A stretch of DNA of 64,000 nucleotides, taken from NCBI GenBank assembly GCA_963704165.1, contig CAVPHD010000009.1:160001-224000 (forward strand), given 5' to 3'. The position numbers and the translations under genes are program-made. Within the stretch, counting starts at the first letter, position 1. Every line of letters starts with the position of its first letter. The stretch comes from an uncultured delta proteobacterium. GTDB lineage: Bacteria; Myxococcota_A; UBA9160; SZUA-336. The notes under the pieces are model-generated. The model was given only the letters and a program-made list of their open reading frames with translations. It ran no database searches and had not been told where the DNA came from. Shown one piece after another: positions 41,822-51,213 of the stretch.

Positions 41822-42985
41822 ATGTCCGTCCCCTGCGAGCCCGCCGAGAAACCGGGGGTGCTCTTCGTCGATGACGAAGTCAACATCCTGAAGGCCATCG
41901 TACGGCTCTTTCGCAAGGAGCCGGTGCGCGTCTACACGGCGAGCTCTGCGGCGCAGGCGCTCGCGATTCTCGAGTCCGAGTCGATCCAGGTCGTCGTCTC
42001 CGACCAACGCATGCCCGGCACCCCCGGCGTGAAACTGCTCGCGCTGGTGCGCGAACGCTTCCCGGAGATCGTGCGCATCATGCTGACCGGGTACACCGAG
42101 ATCGACGTCGCGATCGAGGCGATCAACCAGGGCCAGATCTACCGGCTGATGACCAAGCCTTGGAGCGATCACGAGCTGCGCACCACCGTGCGCCAGGCGC
42201 TCGACGATTGGTCGATGCGCGAAGAGATCCGGCGCCTGAATCACATCGCGCAGCTTCAGAACGCGAAGCTCCAGGAGCTGAACCGCTCGCTCGAGCAGAA
42301 GGTCGACGAGCGCACGCGTGAGCTTCACCTGAAGAACATCGAGCTGCGCAAGGCGTACCTCTCGACGGTGCGCGCGCTCTCGGAGGCCGTCGACGCAAAG
42401 GACCCGTACACGCGCGGTCACTCCGAGCGCGTCGGTGTCTACGCCTCGCGGATCGCGCGAGAGCTCGCCTGCGAGCCGCCGTTCATCGAGCGGATCTACC
42501 TCGCTGGATTGCTCCACGACATCGGCAAGATCGGCATTCCCGACGCCATCATCGGAAAGCCCGACCGGCTCACCCCGGAGGAGTACCTGCAGATGAAGCG
42601 CCACCCCGAGATCGGCGCGAGGATCCTCGAGCCGGTCGATTTCCTCGCCGACATCGTTCCCTGCGTCCGTCATCACCACGAGTGGTACGACGGCTCGTCG
42701 AACGGATACCCGGCGCAGCTGCGCGCGACCGAGATTCCCTACCCGAGCCGGATCATCCTGATCGCCGACACGGTCGAGGCGATGACGTCCGATCGGCCGT
42801 ACCGCAACGCGCTGCCCTTCGACCGCGTGATCGAGGAGATCGCGCGCTTCAGCGGCACGCAGTTCGATCCCGAGGTCGCGGATGCATTCATCCGCATCGC
42901 CGAGCGCGAGGAGGAGTCGTTCATCGAGACCGCGTCGAAGTTCGACATCGAAGCCTTCGTGCGTGGAACCTGGAGTCCCGGATGA
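41822..42985 (+). CDS. Response regulator with HD-GYP phosphodiesterase domain
   Basis: FVDDE, SDQRMP, KPW receiver; coiled coil; YTRGHSERV, LLHDIGK, HHHEWYDGSSNGYP, RPYR. Confidence 0.93.
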   Translation: MSVPCEPAEKPGVLFVDDEVNILKAIVRLFRKEPVRVYTASSAAQALAILESESIQVVVSDQRMPGTPGVKLLALVRERFPEIVRIMLTGYTEIDVAIEAINQGQIYRLMTKPWSDHELRTTVRQALDDWSMREEIRRLNHIAQLQNAKLQELNRSLEQKVDERTRELHLKNIELRKAYLSTVRALSEAVDAKDPYTRGHSERVGVYASRIARELACEPPFIERIYLAGLLHDIGKIGIPDAIIGKPDRLTPEEYLQMKRHPEIGARILEPVDFLADIVPCVRHHHEWYDGSSNGYPAQLRATEIPYPSRIILIADTVEAMTSDRPYRNALPFDRVIEEIARFSGTQFDPEVADAFIRIAEREEESFIETASKFDIEAFVRGTWSPG

Positions 42986-43962
42986 GCCCCATCGACGACG
43001 ACGACGCGGGTGGCGTCGAGGTCCCGCTCGAGCTTCGCGGTGCGTTCGAGAACCCCTTCGAGCTCGCGCGCCTGCGCCGCAACGCCTTCGAGGGCGTGGG
43101 CCGTCCCTACGCCAGCGGAATCCTGTACGGCATCGGTCTCTCGCGCGGGCTGCTCGACGGTCTGCGGATCGCACGCCGATTCGGGGCCACGCTCGGCGGC
43201 GCGCCGCACCACGCCGGCCCCGGATTGCCGATGGTCTTCCAGCCGGGCCGCACGCGAGCGGATCGTGGCTTCGGCGGTGAGCTCGCGGATTCGGTCGAGG
43301 CCGCGATCCACCTGCGCGAGTTCGGTGCCGACGACGAGCCGGTCTGCCACGTGAGCGCGGGCTATGCCTCGGGCTGGTACTCGGCGCTGCTCGGCGAGTT
43401 CCAGCTCGTGCGCGAGGTCGGCTGCAGTGCGCACGGGGCGAGGACGTGCACGTTCGAGGCTCGCCCGGTGACGGCCTGGCTCGATGCGCGCGTCCCGTGG
43501 GCGATCGAACGACTCGCGTACCTCGACTACGATGCGATGCGGAAGACCGCGCTCGAACGGCTCGCGCAGGATCCCGACGAGGCCGAGGGTTCGATGATGG
43601 GAGCCTTCGACCCGCTCTCGCCCGCGGTCCATGTCTGGGGGCCGGTGATGATCCTGCCCTACTCCGGCAGCGCGGATTCTCTCGAAGCGGTCGGCACCAT
43701 TCTCGGCGATCTCGGGCCGACCGCACTCCGCGTGGCCGTGATCGACTTGACGGGCGCGCGCATCGACCCGCTCGAAGCGAGCGGCCTCCTGCGCCTGCTC
43801 GAAGTTCTCGAGGCGCACAAGATCGAGAGCATCGTCGTCGGGCCACCGTGGCTCGCCAATCCGTCCTGGCTGCCGCCTCGTGCGACGCTCTCACTCCCGC
43901 TGCGCGCCGCGGACATCTCCGAAGGCATCAGCCTCGCGTTCCAGCTCGCGCGATTCGTCTGA
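42982..43962 (+). CDS. V4R-domain protein with RsbR-like STAS C-terminus
   Basis: SVEAAIH...PVCHVSAGYASGW...EVGCSAHGARTCTF (V4R), then SPAVHVWGPVMILPYSG...VAVIDLTG...IVVG (STAS); ATGA-coupled to the HD-GYP gene. Confidence 0.75.
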   Translation: MSPIDDDDAGGVEVPLELRGAFENPFELARLRRNAFEGVGRPYASGILYGIGLSRGLLDGLRIARRFGATLGGAPHHAGPGLPMVFQPGRTRADRGFGGELADSVEAAIHLREFGADDEPVCHVSAGYASGWYSALLGEFQLVREVGCSAHGARTCTFEARPVTAWLDARVPWAIERLAYLDYDAMRKTALERLAQDPDEAEGSMMGAFDPLSPAVHVWGPVMILPYSGSADSLEAVGTILGDLGPTALRVAVIDLTGARIDPLEASGLLRLLEVLEAHKIESIVVGPPWLANPSWLPPRATLSLPLRAADISEGISLAFQLARFV

Positions 43963-43968
43963 GCGGCA

Positions 43969-44965
43969 TCAACCGAACTGCCGGATCTTCACGCCCGCTT
44001 CCCGAAACAGCTCGATCGAGACCTCACCGAGCCGGAAGTGGTAGTCGTAGACGACCTCTTCGAGCCCGGCGTTGATGATCATCTTGGTGCACGTCAGGCA
44101 TGGACACAGCGTGGTGTAGATCGTGCCGCCTCGGACGGTCACGCCGTGATACGCGGACTGCGTCAGCGCGTTCTCTTCGGCGTGGCTGCACAGGCATTCG
44201 TCGAGCCGCGTGCCCGACTCGGCGGCGCCGGAACAGCGCGGGCAGCCCCCCTCGTTGCAGTTGCGGGTACCCCGGGGCGTGCCGTTGTAGCCGGTCGAGA
44301 TGATCCGCCGGTCGCGCGCGATCACGGCGCCGACCTTGCGTTTGACGCAGTTGCTGCGCGACGAGACGACGCGCGCGATGCTCATGAAGTACTCGTCCCA
44401 GGATGGCCGTTCGCGAAACAGGAGTTTGTCTTGCAGCACCTCCCCGAGCTGCTGCGAAAGCTCCTCGAGCGAGCCGTCGTTGCGAAGCGTCTCGTCGGCG
44501 AGTGCCTTCACCGCGAGCAGCTGCTGTGCGGCGAGCTCGGGGCTCGCCGAGCTCGCGAGCTTCGAGCGCCTCGAAGGCCTCGAAGGTCGCCGCGTCGCCG
44601 CCGCGGGCGCGCTCGCGCGAGCGCTCGAAGCGCACGCGCGGGGAGGCATCGACCCAGATCAGCAGCAGCCCGCCGCTCGCGCGCAGACACTCCACTTCGG
44701 CCGGATGGCGGATCGAGTCGATCACGTGGTTTCGGTCGCCGGGCAGGTGCCGCTGGGCGCGTTCGGCCAGGACCGCCGGACCGTGTCGCTCGCGAAGCAC
44801 GCGGCCACGGTCGATCATGTGCTCTCGGGTCGGCTCGAGGCCCTCGCGCGCGAGATCCTCTCGAATCACGTCCGAGAGCGAGACGGGGTAGAAACCGCGC
44901 CGCTCGAGCAGCCGCACGACCTCGCCCTTGCCCGCCGCATTCGGCCCGGCAACTCCGACCCGCAT
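43969..44965 (-). CDS. P-loop kinase-like domain fused to dCMP deaminase (+1 shift near 44550)
   Basis: GVAGPNAAGKG...VIDSIRHPAEV; RPSWDEYFM, GYNG, CSHAEENA, PCLTC. Confidence 0.88.
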
Positions 44966-45027
44966 CCGCTCTCCTCCCCTGCGTCGGCAGGGTACCACGC
45001 GTTTGCTAGCCTCGGCCGCTCTTCGTC

Positions 45028-45975
45028 GTGAAGCACACCAGAACGCTCGTCACCGGTGCGGCCGGCTTCGTCGGGTCATGGCTCGTTCCGGAGCTGCTCG
45101 CCTCGGGGCGCGTGGCGGTCGGCACCGATCTTCCGGGGCAGTCGCCGTGCGACTCCTCGATCGCGTGGCACGCGTGCGACCTGCGCAGCCCCGGGGCCGT
45201 CGCCGATCTCGTCGCCGAGACGGCACCGGACGAGGTCGTGCATCTGGCGGCAATCGCCTCGCCGAGCCAGGTCGAGCGCGAGCCGATCGAGGGGTTGCGC
45301 GCGAACTACCTCGCGCTCGATCACCTGCTGGTCGCCCTTCGCGAGCACGCCCCTCGCGCGCGCCTCCTCTTCGTGTCGACGGGCGAGGTCTACGGACTGG
45401 CCGCGTCGGCCACGGCACCCTGGCGCGAGAGCGATCCGCTGCGGCCGATGACGGCGTACGCCGCGACCAAGGCGGCGGCCGAACGGCGCGTGCTTCTCTC
45501 GTGCGAGTCGGACGGGCTCGACGCACTGATCGCGCGCCCGTTCAACCACACCGGCCCCGGACGACCGCCGATCTACGCCGAGTCGTCGTTCGCCGAGCAG
45601 ATCGCGCGCATCGAGCGAGGCCTTCAGGAGCCCGTGCTTCGCGTCGGCAATCTGGCCGCGGAGCGCGACTTCAGCGACGTGCGCGACGTCGTCCGGGCCT
45701 ACACGACGCTGCTCGAGCGCGGCGATCGCGGCGCCGCCTACAACGTCTGCTCCGGCCGCGCGCGGCGCATCGGAGAGATCCTCGAGCTTCTCGTCGCGTG
45801 CTCGTCGGCGCAACCGCGGATCGAGATCGATCCCGATCGCTGGCGCCCGCTGCCCACGGGCCGTCGCTCGCTCGCGGGTGACGCCAACCGGATGCGCGCC
45901 CTCGGCTGGCGCGCGGCTCACTCGCTCGAGGACACCCTCGACGCGTTGCTCGACGGCTTCCGGGCGTCCCTGTGA
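45028..45975 (+). CDS. NDP-sugar epimerase/dehydratase (Gmd/Rmd-like SDR)
   Basis: LVTGAAGFVG, HLAA, YAATK, RPFNHTGP, GNL..RDFSDVRDVV. Confidence 0.88.
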   Translation: MKHTRTLVTGAAGFVGSWLVPELLASGRVAVGTDLPGQSPCDSSIAWHACDLRSPGAVADLVAETAPDEVVHLAAIASPSQVEREPIEGLRANYLALDHLLVALREHAPRARLLFVSTGEVYGLAASATAPWRESDPLRPMTAYAATKAAAERRVLLSCESDGLDALIARPFNHTGPGRPPIYAESSFAEQIARIERGLQEPVLRVGNLAAERDFSDVRDVVRAYTTLLERGDRGAAYNVCSGRARRIGEILELLVACSSAQPRIEIDPDRWRPLPTGRRSLAGDANRMRALGWRAAHSLEDTLDALLDGFRASL

Positions 45976-46808
45976 AGCAAGAGACGCGCGCACCAGGTCT
46001 CGCCCGACTGAACTTCGGTCAGCTCGCGCACGCAGCGCCAGTCGGAATTCGAGAGCGCAGCGCCGAGTCGCGAGCGCTCGCTCTCGAGCTGACCGGAGAG
46101 CACGAGCGCGCGCCGCGAGCGCAGCTCGAGCGCCGGCAGACACGGCAGGAGCTCGTGCAGGAGCAGATTCGCGACGACGACGTCGAAGCGGGCGTTCGCC
46201 GCGAGCGCGTCGAGCCCTCCGCAGTACAGCGACAGAGGCAGCCGGTTGTGCACGCGATTCTCGGCCGCGTTCTCGATCGCGATCGGATCGGTGTCGAAGC
46301 CGAGCGCGCGCGTGGCGCCCATCCGCAACGCGGCGAGCGCGAGAATGCCGCTGCCGGTGCCGACGTCGAGAACCGAGTCCCCCGGCGAGAGCGAAGCGAG
46401 CAGGAGCTCGAGCGCGAGACGCGTCGAGGCGTGCTCGCCCGAGCCGAAGGCCTGCTGCGGGTCGATCACGAGCTCCGGCTCACCCGCGCTCGCACAGAAG
46501 CTCGGCCGGATCCAGAGACCCGCGACGCGTCTCGGCGCGAGCCCGCTACGCCACTCGCGCTCCCAGTCGGAGTCGGGAACGGGCTCGGGACCCGACACCG
46601 AAATGCGACGATCCGGATCCGCGAGGGCCAGCACGTCGGCGCCGGCCGCGTCCGCCCCCGACTCGAAGTAGGCCAGCAGCCCGACCTCGCGCTCCTCGAC
46701 GCCGAGGGTGCCGAGCGTTGACAGCTCGGCGATCAGCTCGTCGATCCGGTCGGCCGGCGCCTCGATCCGGAAGACGACGAATCCGCTCCGCCCTGCTCGT
46801 GGTCGCAT
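45918..46808 (-). CDS. prmA: Ribosomal protein L11 methyltransferase
   Basis: DWEREW, IDPQQAFGSGEHAST, LDVGTGSGIL, VVANL, LSG. Confidence 0.9.
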   Translation of the reverse strand: MRPRAGRSGFVVFRIEAPADRIDELIAELSTLGTLGVEEREVGLLAYFESGADAAGADVLALADPDRRISVSGPEPVPDSDWEREWRSGLAPRRVAGLWIRPSFCASAGEPELVIDPQQAFGSGEHASTRLALELLLASLSPGDSVLDVGTGSGILALAALRMGATRALGFDTDPIAIENAAENRVHNRLPLSLYCGGLDALAANARFDVVVANLLLHELLPCLPALELRSRRALVLSGQLESERSRLGAALSNSDWRCVRELTEVQSGETWCARLLLHRDARKPSSNASRVSSSE

Positions 46809-47809
46809 TCCTCTTCGCCTCTCCTGCCCGGTCGAACGCCGAATCGAGCTTCGCGTATCTCGCGCGTCTGGGCGCGGGGCAGGCGCGACTCCTGCTCTCG
46901 CGCGAGCGCGCCACCCCGGAGCTCGTCGCCTCGCTCGACCCCGCCGAACAGAAGGCCTGGGCGACCCTGCGCCGCGCCCTCGAGTTCGGAGAGTCGCTCG
47001 GACTCGCGCGCACGACAAGCTACCGCGATCTCGTCGGCGGCCGCGAAAGCGGGCTCGTGCACGTCGTGACGGCCGCGCCGGCGAACCGGGTCGAGGCGAT
47101 CACCTGGTGGTTTCCGATCACCGGTCGCGTCTCGTATCGCGGCTACTTCCAGAAGGAGCGCGCGGTAGATTTCGCGGCCGATTTGGAGCGCGAAGGCTAC
47201 GACACCTACGTTCGGCCGGCCCCGCTGTACAGCACGCTCGGTTGGTTCGACGATCCGGTCCCGCGCGCCGTTCTCTCGTGGCCGGAGTCCGACCTGATCG
47301 ACACGTTCCTGCACGAGCTCGTCCACCAGACGACCTTCGTCGCGGGCGACATCGCCTACAACGAGGCGCTCGCGACCTTCATCGCGCACCGCGCGACGCT
47401 GGCCTTCCTGGTGGACGATCCCGAAACGCGCCAGCGCGTCGAGGCCAGCTTCGCGGACGAGCTCGAGTTCGCGAACCTGCTCGAAGGGCTGCGTTCCGAG
47501 CTCGAGCGCGTCTACGCCAGCGTCGACGACCCGGACCGGGCGCGCGCACTCCGCGCCCCGGTCTTCGCGCGCTTCCAGACGGAGGTCTACCCGTCGATGA
47601 CCTGGCGCTCGAAGCGGTATGCGCGCTTTCCCGAGCTCGCGCTCTCGAATGCCTGGCTCGCCGCGCACCGCGCCTACGTCGGTCTGCTGCCCTGCTTCGC
47701 TGAGGAGCTCGCCGGGCTCGGCGGGGATCTCGCGACGTTCGTGCGCGCGCACCGGGACGAGCCCGGCCGCCGCTCCGCAAACTGCGGCACCGCGGAAGGG
47801 TTGGAGTGA
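46799..47809 (+). CDS. Predicted aminopeptidase (zincin), start uncertain
   Basis: WWFPITGRVSYRGYF, YSTLGWFDDP, HELVHQ...NEALA. Confidence 0.82.
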   Translation: MVAFLFASPARSNAESSFAYLARLGAGQARLLLSRERATPELVASLDPAEQKAWATLRRALEFGESLGLARTTSYRDLVGGRESGLVHVVTAAPANRVEAITWWFPITGRVSYRGYFQKERAVDFAADLEREGYDTYVRPAPLYSTLGWFDDPVPRAVLSWPESDLIDTFLHELVHQTTFVAGDIAYNEALATFIAHRATLAFLVDDPETRQRVEASFADELEFANLLEGLRSELERVYASVDDPDRARALRAPVFARFQTEVYPSMTWRSKRYARFPELALSNAWLAAHRAYVGLLPCFAEELAGLGGDLATFVRAHRDEPGRRSANCGTAEGLE

Positions 47810-48375
47810 TGCGTCCCGGAGCGCGCCCCTTCGTCTTCCTGGACCGCGACGGCACCCTGATCGAGGAGCGGGAGTACGCCTGGCGACCCGAGGACTACGC
47901 GGCACTTCCCGGCGCGCACGAGGCGGTGACGAGACTTCGCGAGGCGGGCTTCGGTGTCCTCGTCGTGACCAACCAGTCGGGGATCGCGCGCGGGATCTTC
48001 AGCGCGGCCGATCACGACCGTTTCGCCGCACGGCTCCTGCGCGACTTCGAGGCGAATGACGCGAAGCTCGACGGCTACTACGCCTGCCCGCACGCGCCCG
48101 ACGACGGCTGCATCTGTCGCAAGCCCGGCACCGGACTCGCGCTTCGCGCCATGCGAGAGCACGAGATCGACCTGTCGCGAAGCTGGGTGATCGGGGACAA
48201 GGACAGCGACATCGGGTTCGCGCGCAACCTCGGCTGTCGCGCGGTGCTGGTCCTCACCGGACACGGCGCCTCGCACGTGGAGCGGGTGCCGTCGGGAACA
48301 CCGATCGCTCGCGACCTGCCCGACGCGCTGTCGCGATTCGTGCTGGCGAACGCACCCGCTCAGTCCGAGAGATAG
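47809..48375 (+). CDS. gmhB: D-glycero-D-manno-heptose bisphosphate phosphatase
   Basis: FLDRDGTL, VTNQSGIARG, CPHAPDDGCICRKP, IGDKDSD. Confidence 0.9.
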   Translation: MRPGARPFVFLDRDGTLIEEREYAWRPEDYAALPGAHEAVTRLREAGFGVLVVTNQSGIARGIFSAADHDRFAARLLRDFEANDAKLDGYYACPHAPDDGCICRKPGTGLALRAMREHEIDLSRSWVIGDKDSDIGFARNLGCRAVLVLTGHGASHVERVPSGTPIARDLPDALSRFVLANAPAQSER

Positions 48376-48500
48376 CGCCAGAGGATCAGTCCCGCCGCGA
48401 TCACCATCAGCAGGTTCAAGAGGCGATTGATGCGTCGCCAGTGCGCCGCCCGCTGCGCGCGCCACTCCGCGAGCTCCATCCCGTCCGGTCGCTTCGCCAT
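48360..48500 (-). CDS. Small single-pass membrane protein (46 aa), absent from ORF track
   Basis: MAKRPDGMELAEWRAQRAAHWRRINRLLNLLMVIAAGLILWRYLSD*; TAGACT 6 nt upstream of the ATG. Confidence 0.55.
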   Translation of the reverse strand: MAKRPDGMELAEWRAQRAAHWRRINRLLNLLMVIAAGLILWRYLSD

Positions 48501-48516
48501 CGCACGAGTCTACCAG

Positions 48517-50805
48517 TCAATCTCGAAAGGGTCGGGTGAGCCAGGGCACGACCAGGGGCCCGGGCTCGCCGAGCACCACCTCGACCGCACCGTCGGCGCG
48601 CGTCTGCCAGAGCGAGATCGATCGCGCGCGGACCCGCTCGCGAACGCGCGCGTGCGGAAGCGGCGTTCGCGCGCGGCGACCGGCCGACGCGATCGCGATC
48701 TCGGGCGCGAGCGCGTCGAGGAAGAACGGATCACTCGACGTCGCGCTGCCGTGGTGGCCGAGCTTGAGCACGCGGCAGGGAGAAGCCGTGCGCGCGAGCA
48801 CGCGTTCGACGCCCGCGGGGGCATCGCCGGAGAGCAGCGCGCAGACCTGCGAAGTTTCGACGCGCAGGACGAGCGAGCTCGCGTTGCTGTTCCGCGACAG
48901 GAGCTCGGCGGGAGGCCAGAGCGCGCTCATCGTCAGGTACGGCGCCGCGAATCGCTCGCCGGCGGAGACGATCCGCACGGGCACCGAGCGCCGGGAAGCG
49001 ACCCGACGAAGCCGACGAAGCGCGCGCGTCTCGAGCGACTCGCGCGTCGTCCAGAGCTCCTTCACGGGCAGGGCCGCGAGCACGGCTTCGGCTCCGCCGA
49101 CGTGATCGAGGTCCGCGTGGGTCAGCACGATCGCGTCGAGCCTGCGAATGCCTTCCGCCCGAAGCGCGGGGAGCACGATCGCGCGGCCGGCGTCGAAGTC
49201 GGCGAAGCGCGTGCCCGTGTCGATCAGCCAGGCCTGCGACCCGGCGCGAAGCAGGATCGCGTCGCCATGACCGACGTCGAGAAAGAGCAGGCTCGGCTTC
49301 GCGACCTCGCGGTTCTCGGCACGAAGGGCGCCCGGCGACGCGAACGACGCGACGGCGAAGAGCGCGATTGCGATCGCACGCCGGCCGAGCGCGAGTGCAC
49401 GCAGGCCGAACCCCAGAACCGCGAGCAGAAGCGCGAGCGCGACCGGATCACGCGGGCCGGCCAACAGGTCGGGACTCGCGCAGAGCTCGAGCAGACGGAG
49501 GCCGAGCTCGGCCGAGCCGCGCGCGATCGTGAGCAACCCCTCCGCCGAGCCACCGAAGAGACCGGCCGCGAGCGCAAGCGGGACGACCCCCGCGGAGAAG
49601 TACGGGACGGCCAGGGCGTTGGCGACGAGCCATGCGGCGGGGAGCGGCGCACCCATCGCGGCGGCGAGCGGTGCGGTCGCGAGACCGGCCGCGAGCGAGA
49701 CGTGAACCGAACCGCGAAGCCAGCCCGTCGGCGGACGCCAGAGCAGAAGGCCCGTCACCGCCGTGAAGGAGAGCTGGAACGAGGGCTCGAAGAGCGCGGC
49801 TGGATCGAGCGCGAGCACGCACAGTGCGGCGAGCGCCAGCGCATTCCACGCCGCTGAACGCCGACCGCCGACGCACGCGACCCCGGCCGCGAAGGCCATC
49901 GCCGCGGCGCGCAGCGTCGGTGGCCCGAGGCCGCAGAGCGCCGCATAGCCGAGGCCAGCCGTGACTCCGGCCACGAGTCCGATCGCGCCCGCGCCACGCA
50001 GCACCGGGAGCCAGCGGAACCGGCGCAGGCCGAACGCGACGCCCGCCGAAACGAGCCAGACGACGAAGACCACGTGCGCACCCGAGACCGAGAGCAGGTG
50101 CGTGGTGCCCGAGGCCGCGAAGACCGCGCGCAGCGGATCGTCGAGCCGGCTCGTGTCGGCGGTGGCGAGGGCGCGGAGAAGCGCACCGCTGCGCGGGCCC
50201 TGCACGTGCTTCGGGTCGAGTCGCTCGCCGACCGCGCGCCGCGCGCGCTCGAGGCCCGCCTCGACCCCGCGCGGCGTGGGCGCGATGCGCGTCAGCGCCC
50301 GGTCGTCGACACGCGCGATGCGGTGCACGCCCCGGCGCGCGAGCCGGCGTCGGACGTCCGAACCCCCGGGATTGGTCGCGGGTCGCACGCGCTCGAGCTC
50401 CACGCGCGCGAGCGCGCGTTCGCCGGGAACGAGCTCGCACGCCTCACCCGCCCCGCGAAGCTGCGCCCGCCCCGGACGCGGACCGTGAACGTACACCGAC
50501 AAGCGACAGCCCGTCGCGCTGCGCTGCGGCGCCTCGAGCGCGGTCAGGGCGACGGGCGTGCGCACGACCTCGGGGACCGGCGCGTGCAGCCGCAGTCCGA
50601 GGGCGAGCAGGCCCAGACCGATCCCGAGAAGCACCTCCCCCGCGGGGGCGCCTCGACGACGCCTGCGCAGTCCCCAGGCGACGAGACCGACGAGCGCCAG
50701 CGACGCTCCGAACACGGGCACGAGCTCGAGCCGATCTTCGAGCGCGATGCCGAATGCGAACGGGAGCGCGAGCGAGAGGAGCGGCGCGCGCGCGGGAAGC
50801 TCCAC
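48517..50805 (-). CDS. comEC: ComEC/Rec2 DNA uptake protein
   Basis: NPGG, GTTHLLSVSGAHV, LRAAAM, SFQLSF; MBL domain DVGHGD, THADLDH, GHHGS. Confidence 0.93.
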   Translation of the reverse strand: MELPARAPLLSLALPFAFGIALEDRLELVPVFGASLALVGLVAWGLRRRRRGAPAGEVLLGIGLGLLALGLRLHAPVPEVVRTPVALTALEAPQRSATGCRLSVYVHGPRPGRAQLRGAGEACELVPGERALARVELERVRPATNPGGSDVRRRLARRGVHRIARVDDRALTRIAPTPRGVEAGLERARRAVGERLDPKHVQGPRSGALLRALATADTSRLDDPLRAVFAASGTTHLLSVSGAHVVFVVWLVSAGVAFGLRRFRWLPVLRGAGAIGLVAGVTAGLGYAALCGLGPPTLRAAAMAFAAGVACVGGRRSAAWNALALAALCVLALDPAALFEPSFQLSFTAVTGLLLWRPPTGWLRGSVHVSLAAGLATAPLAAAMGAPLPAAWLVANALAVPYFSAGVVPLALAAGLFGGSAEGLLTIARGSAELGLRLLELCASPDLLAGPRDPVALALLLAVLGFGLRALALGRRAIAIALFAVASFASPGALRAENREVAKPSLLFLDVGHGDAILLRAGSQAWLIDTGTRFADFDAGRAIVLPALRAEGIRRLDAIVLTHADLDHVGGAEAVLAALPVKELWTTRESLETRALRRLRRVASRRSVPVRIVSAGERFAAPYLTMSALWPPAELLSRNSNASSLVLRVETSQVCALLSGDAPAGVERVLARTASPCRVLKLGHHGSATSSDPFFLDALAPEIAIASAGRRARTPLPHARVRERVRARSISLWQTRADGAVEVVLGEPGPLVVPWLTRPFRD

Positions 50806-50850
50806 GGCGAGGACCTCGCCGGGACCGGGGCTTCGGGGTGTCGGACCGAG

Positions 50851-51183
50851 CTAGTGAAGAACTCGCGCGACTTCGGGCGCACCGAGCTGGGTTCGGAGAC
50901 GATCGAGAAACACGGTCACCACTTTCAGCGACTCGTCGATCTTCTTCATCTCGGTCACGAACTGACCCACCAGGACCTGCGCCTCGTGCAACGCCTTGTC
51001 CTCGACCGGAGGAAGCGCGCGGTAGGCCGCGGCCAGGCACTCCATCAGCTGCTCCCAATCGTCCGAGCTCGGCCGACTCTGAGCGACCTGGTCGAAGACC
51101 GGGACGAACTGCTCGGCAAAGAGCGGGCTCACTCCGTACCGACCCTCCAGCACCTCGACGATCTTCTTGTGAAACGGTGACAT
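50851..51183 (-). CDS. Hypothetical helical protein (110 aa)
   Basis: Protein-like composition from ATG 51183; preceded by a sigma54-type promoter. Confidence 0.7.
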   Translation of the reverse strand: MSPFHKKIVEVLEGRYGVSPLFAEQFVPVFDQVAQSRPSSDDWEQLMECLAAAYRALPPVEDKALHEAQVLVGQFVTEMKKIDESLKVVTVFLDRLRTQLGAPEVARVLH

Positions 51184-51196
51184 GGACGGAACACAG

Positions 51197-51213
51197 AGCA
51201 AATCGGATGCCAA
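51197..51213 (-). promoter_or_regulatory. sigma54 (-24/-12) promoter
   Basis: Minus strand TTGGCATCCGATTTGCT = GG-N10-GC, close to the TGGCAC-N5-TTGCW consensus. Confidence 0.7.
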
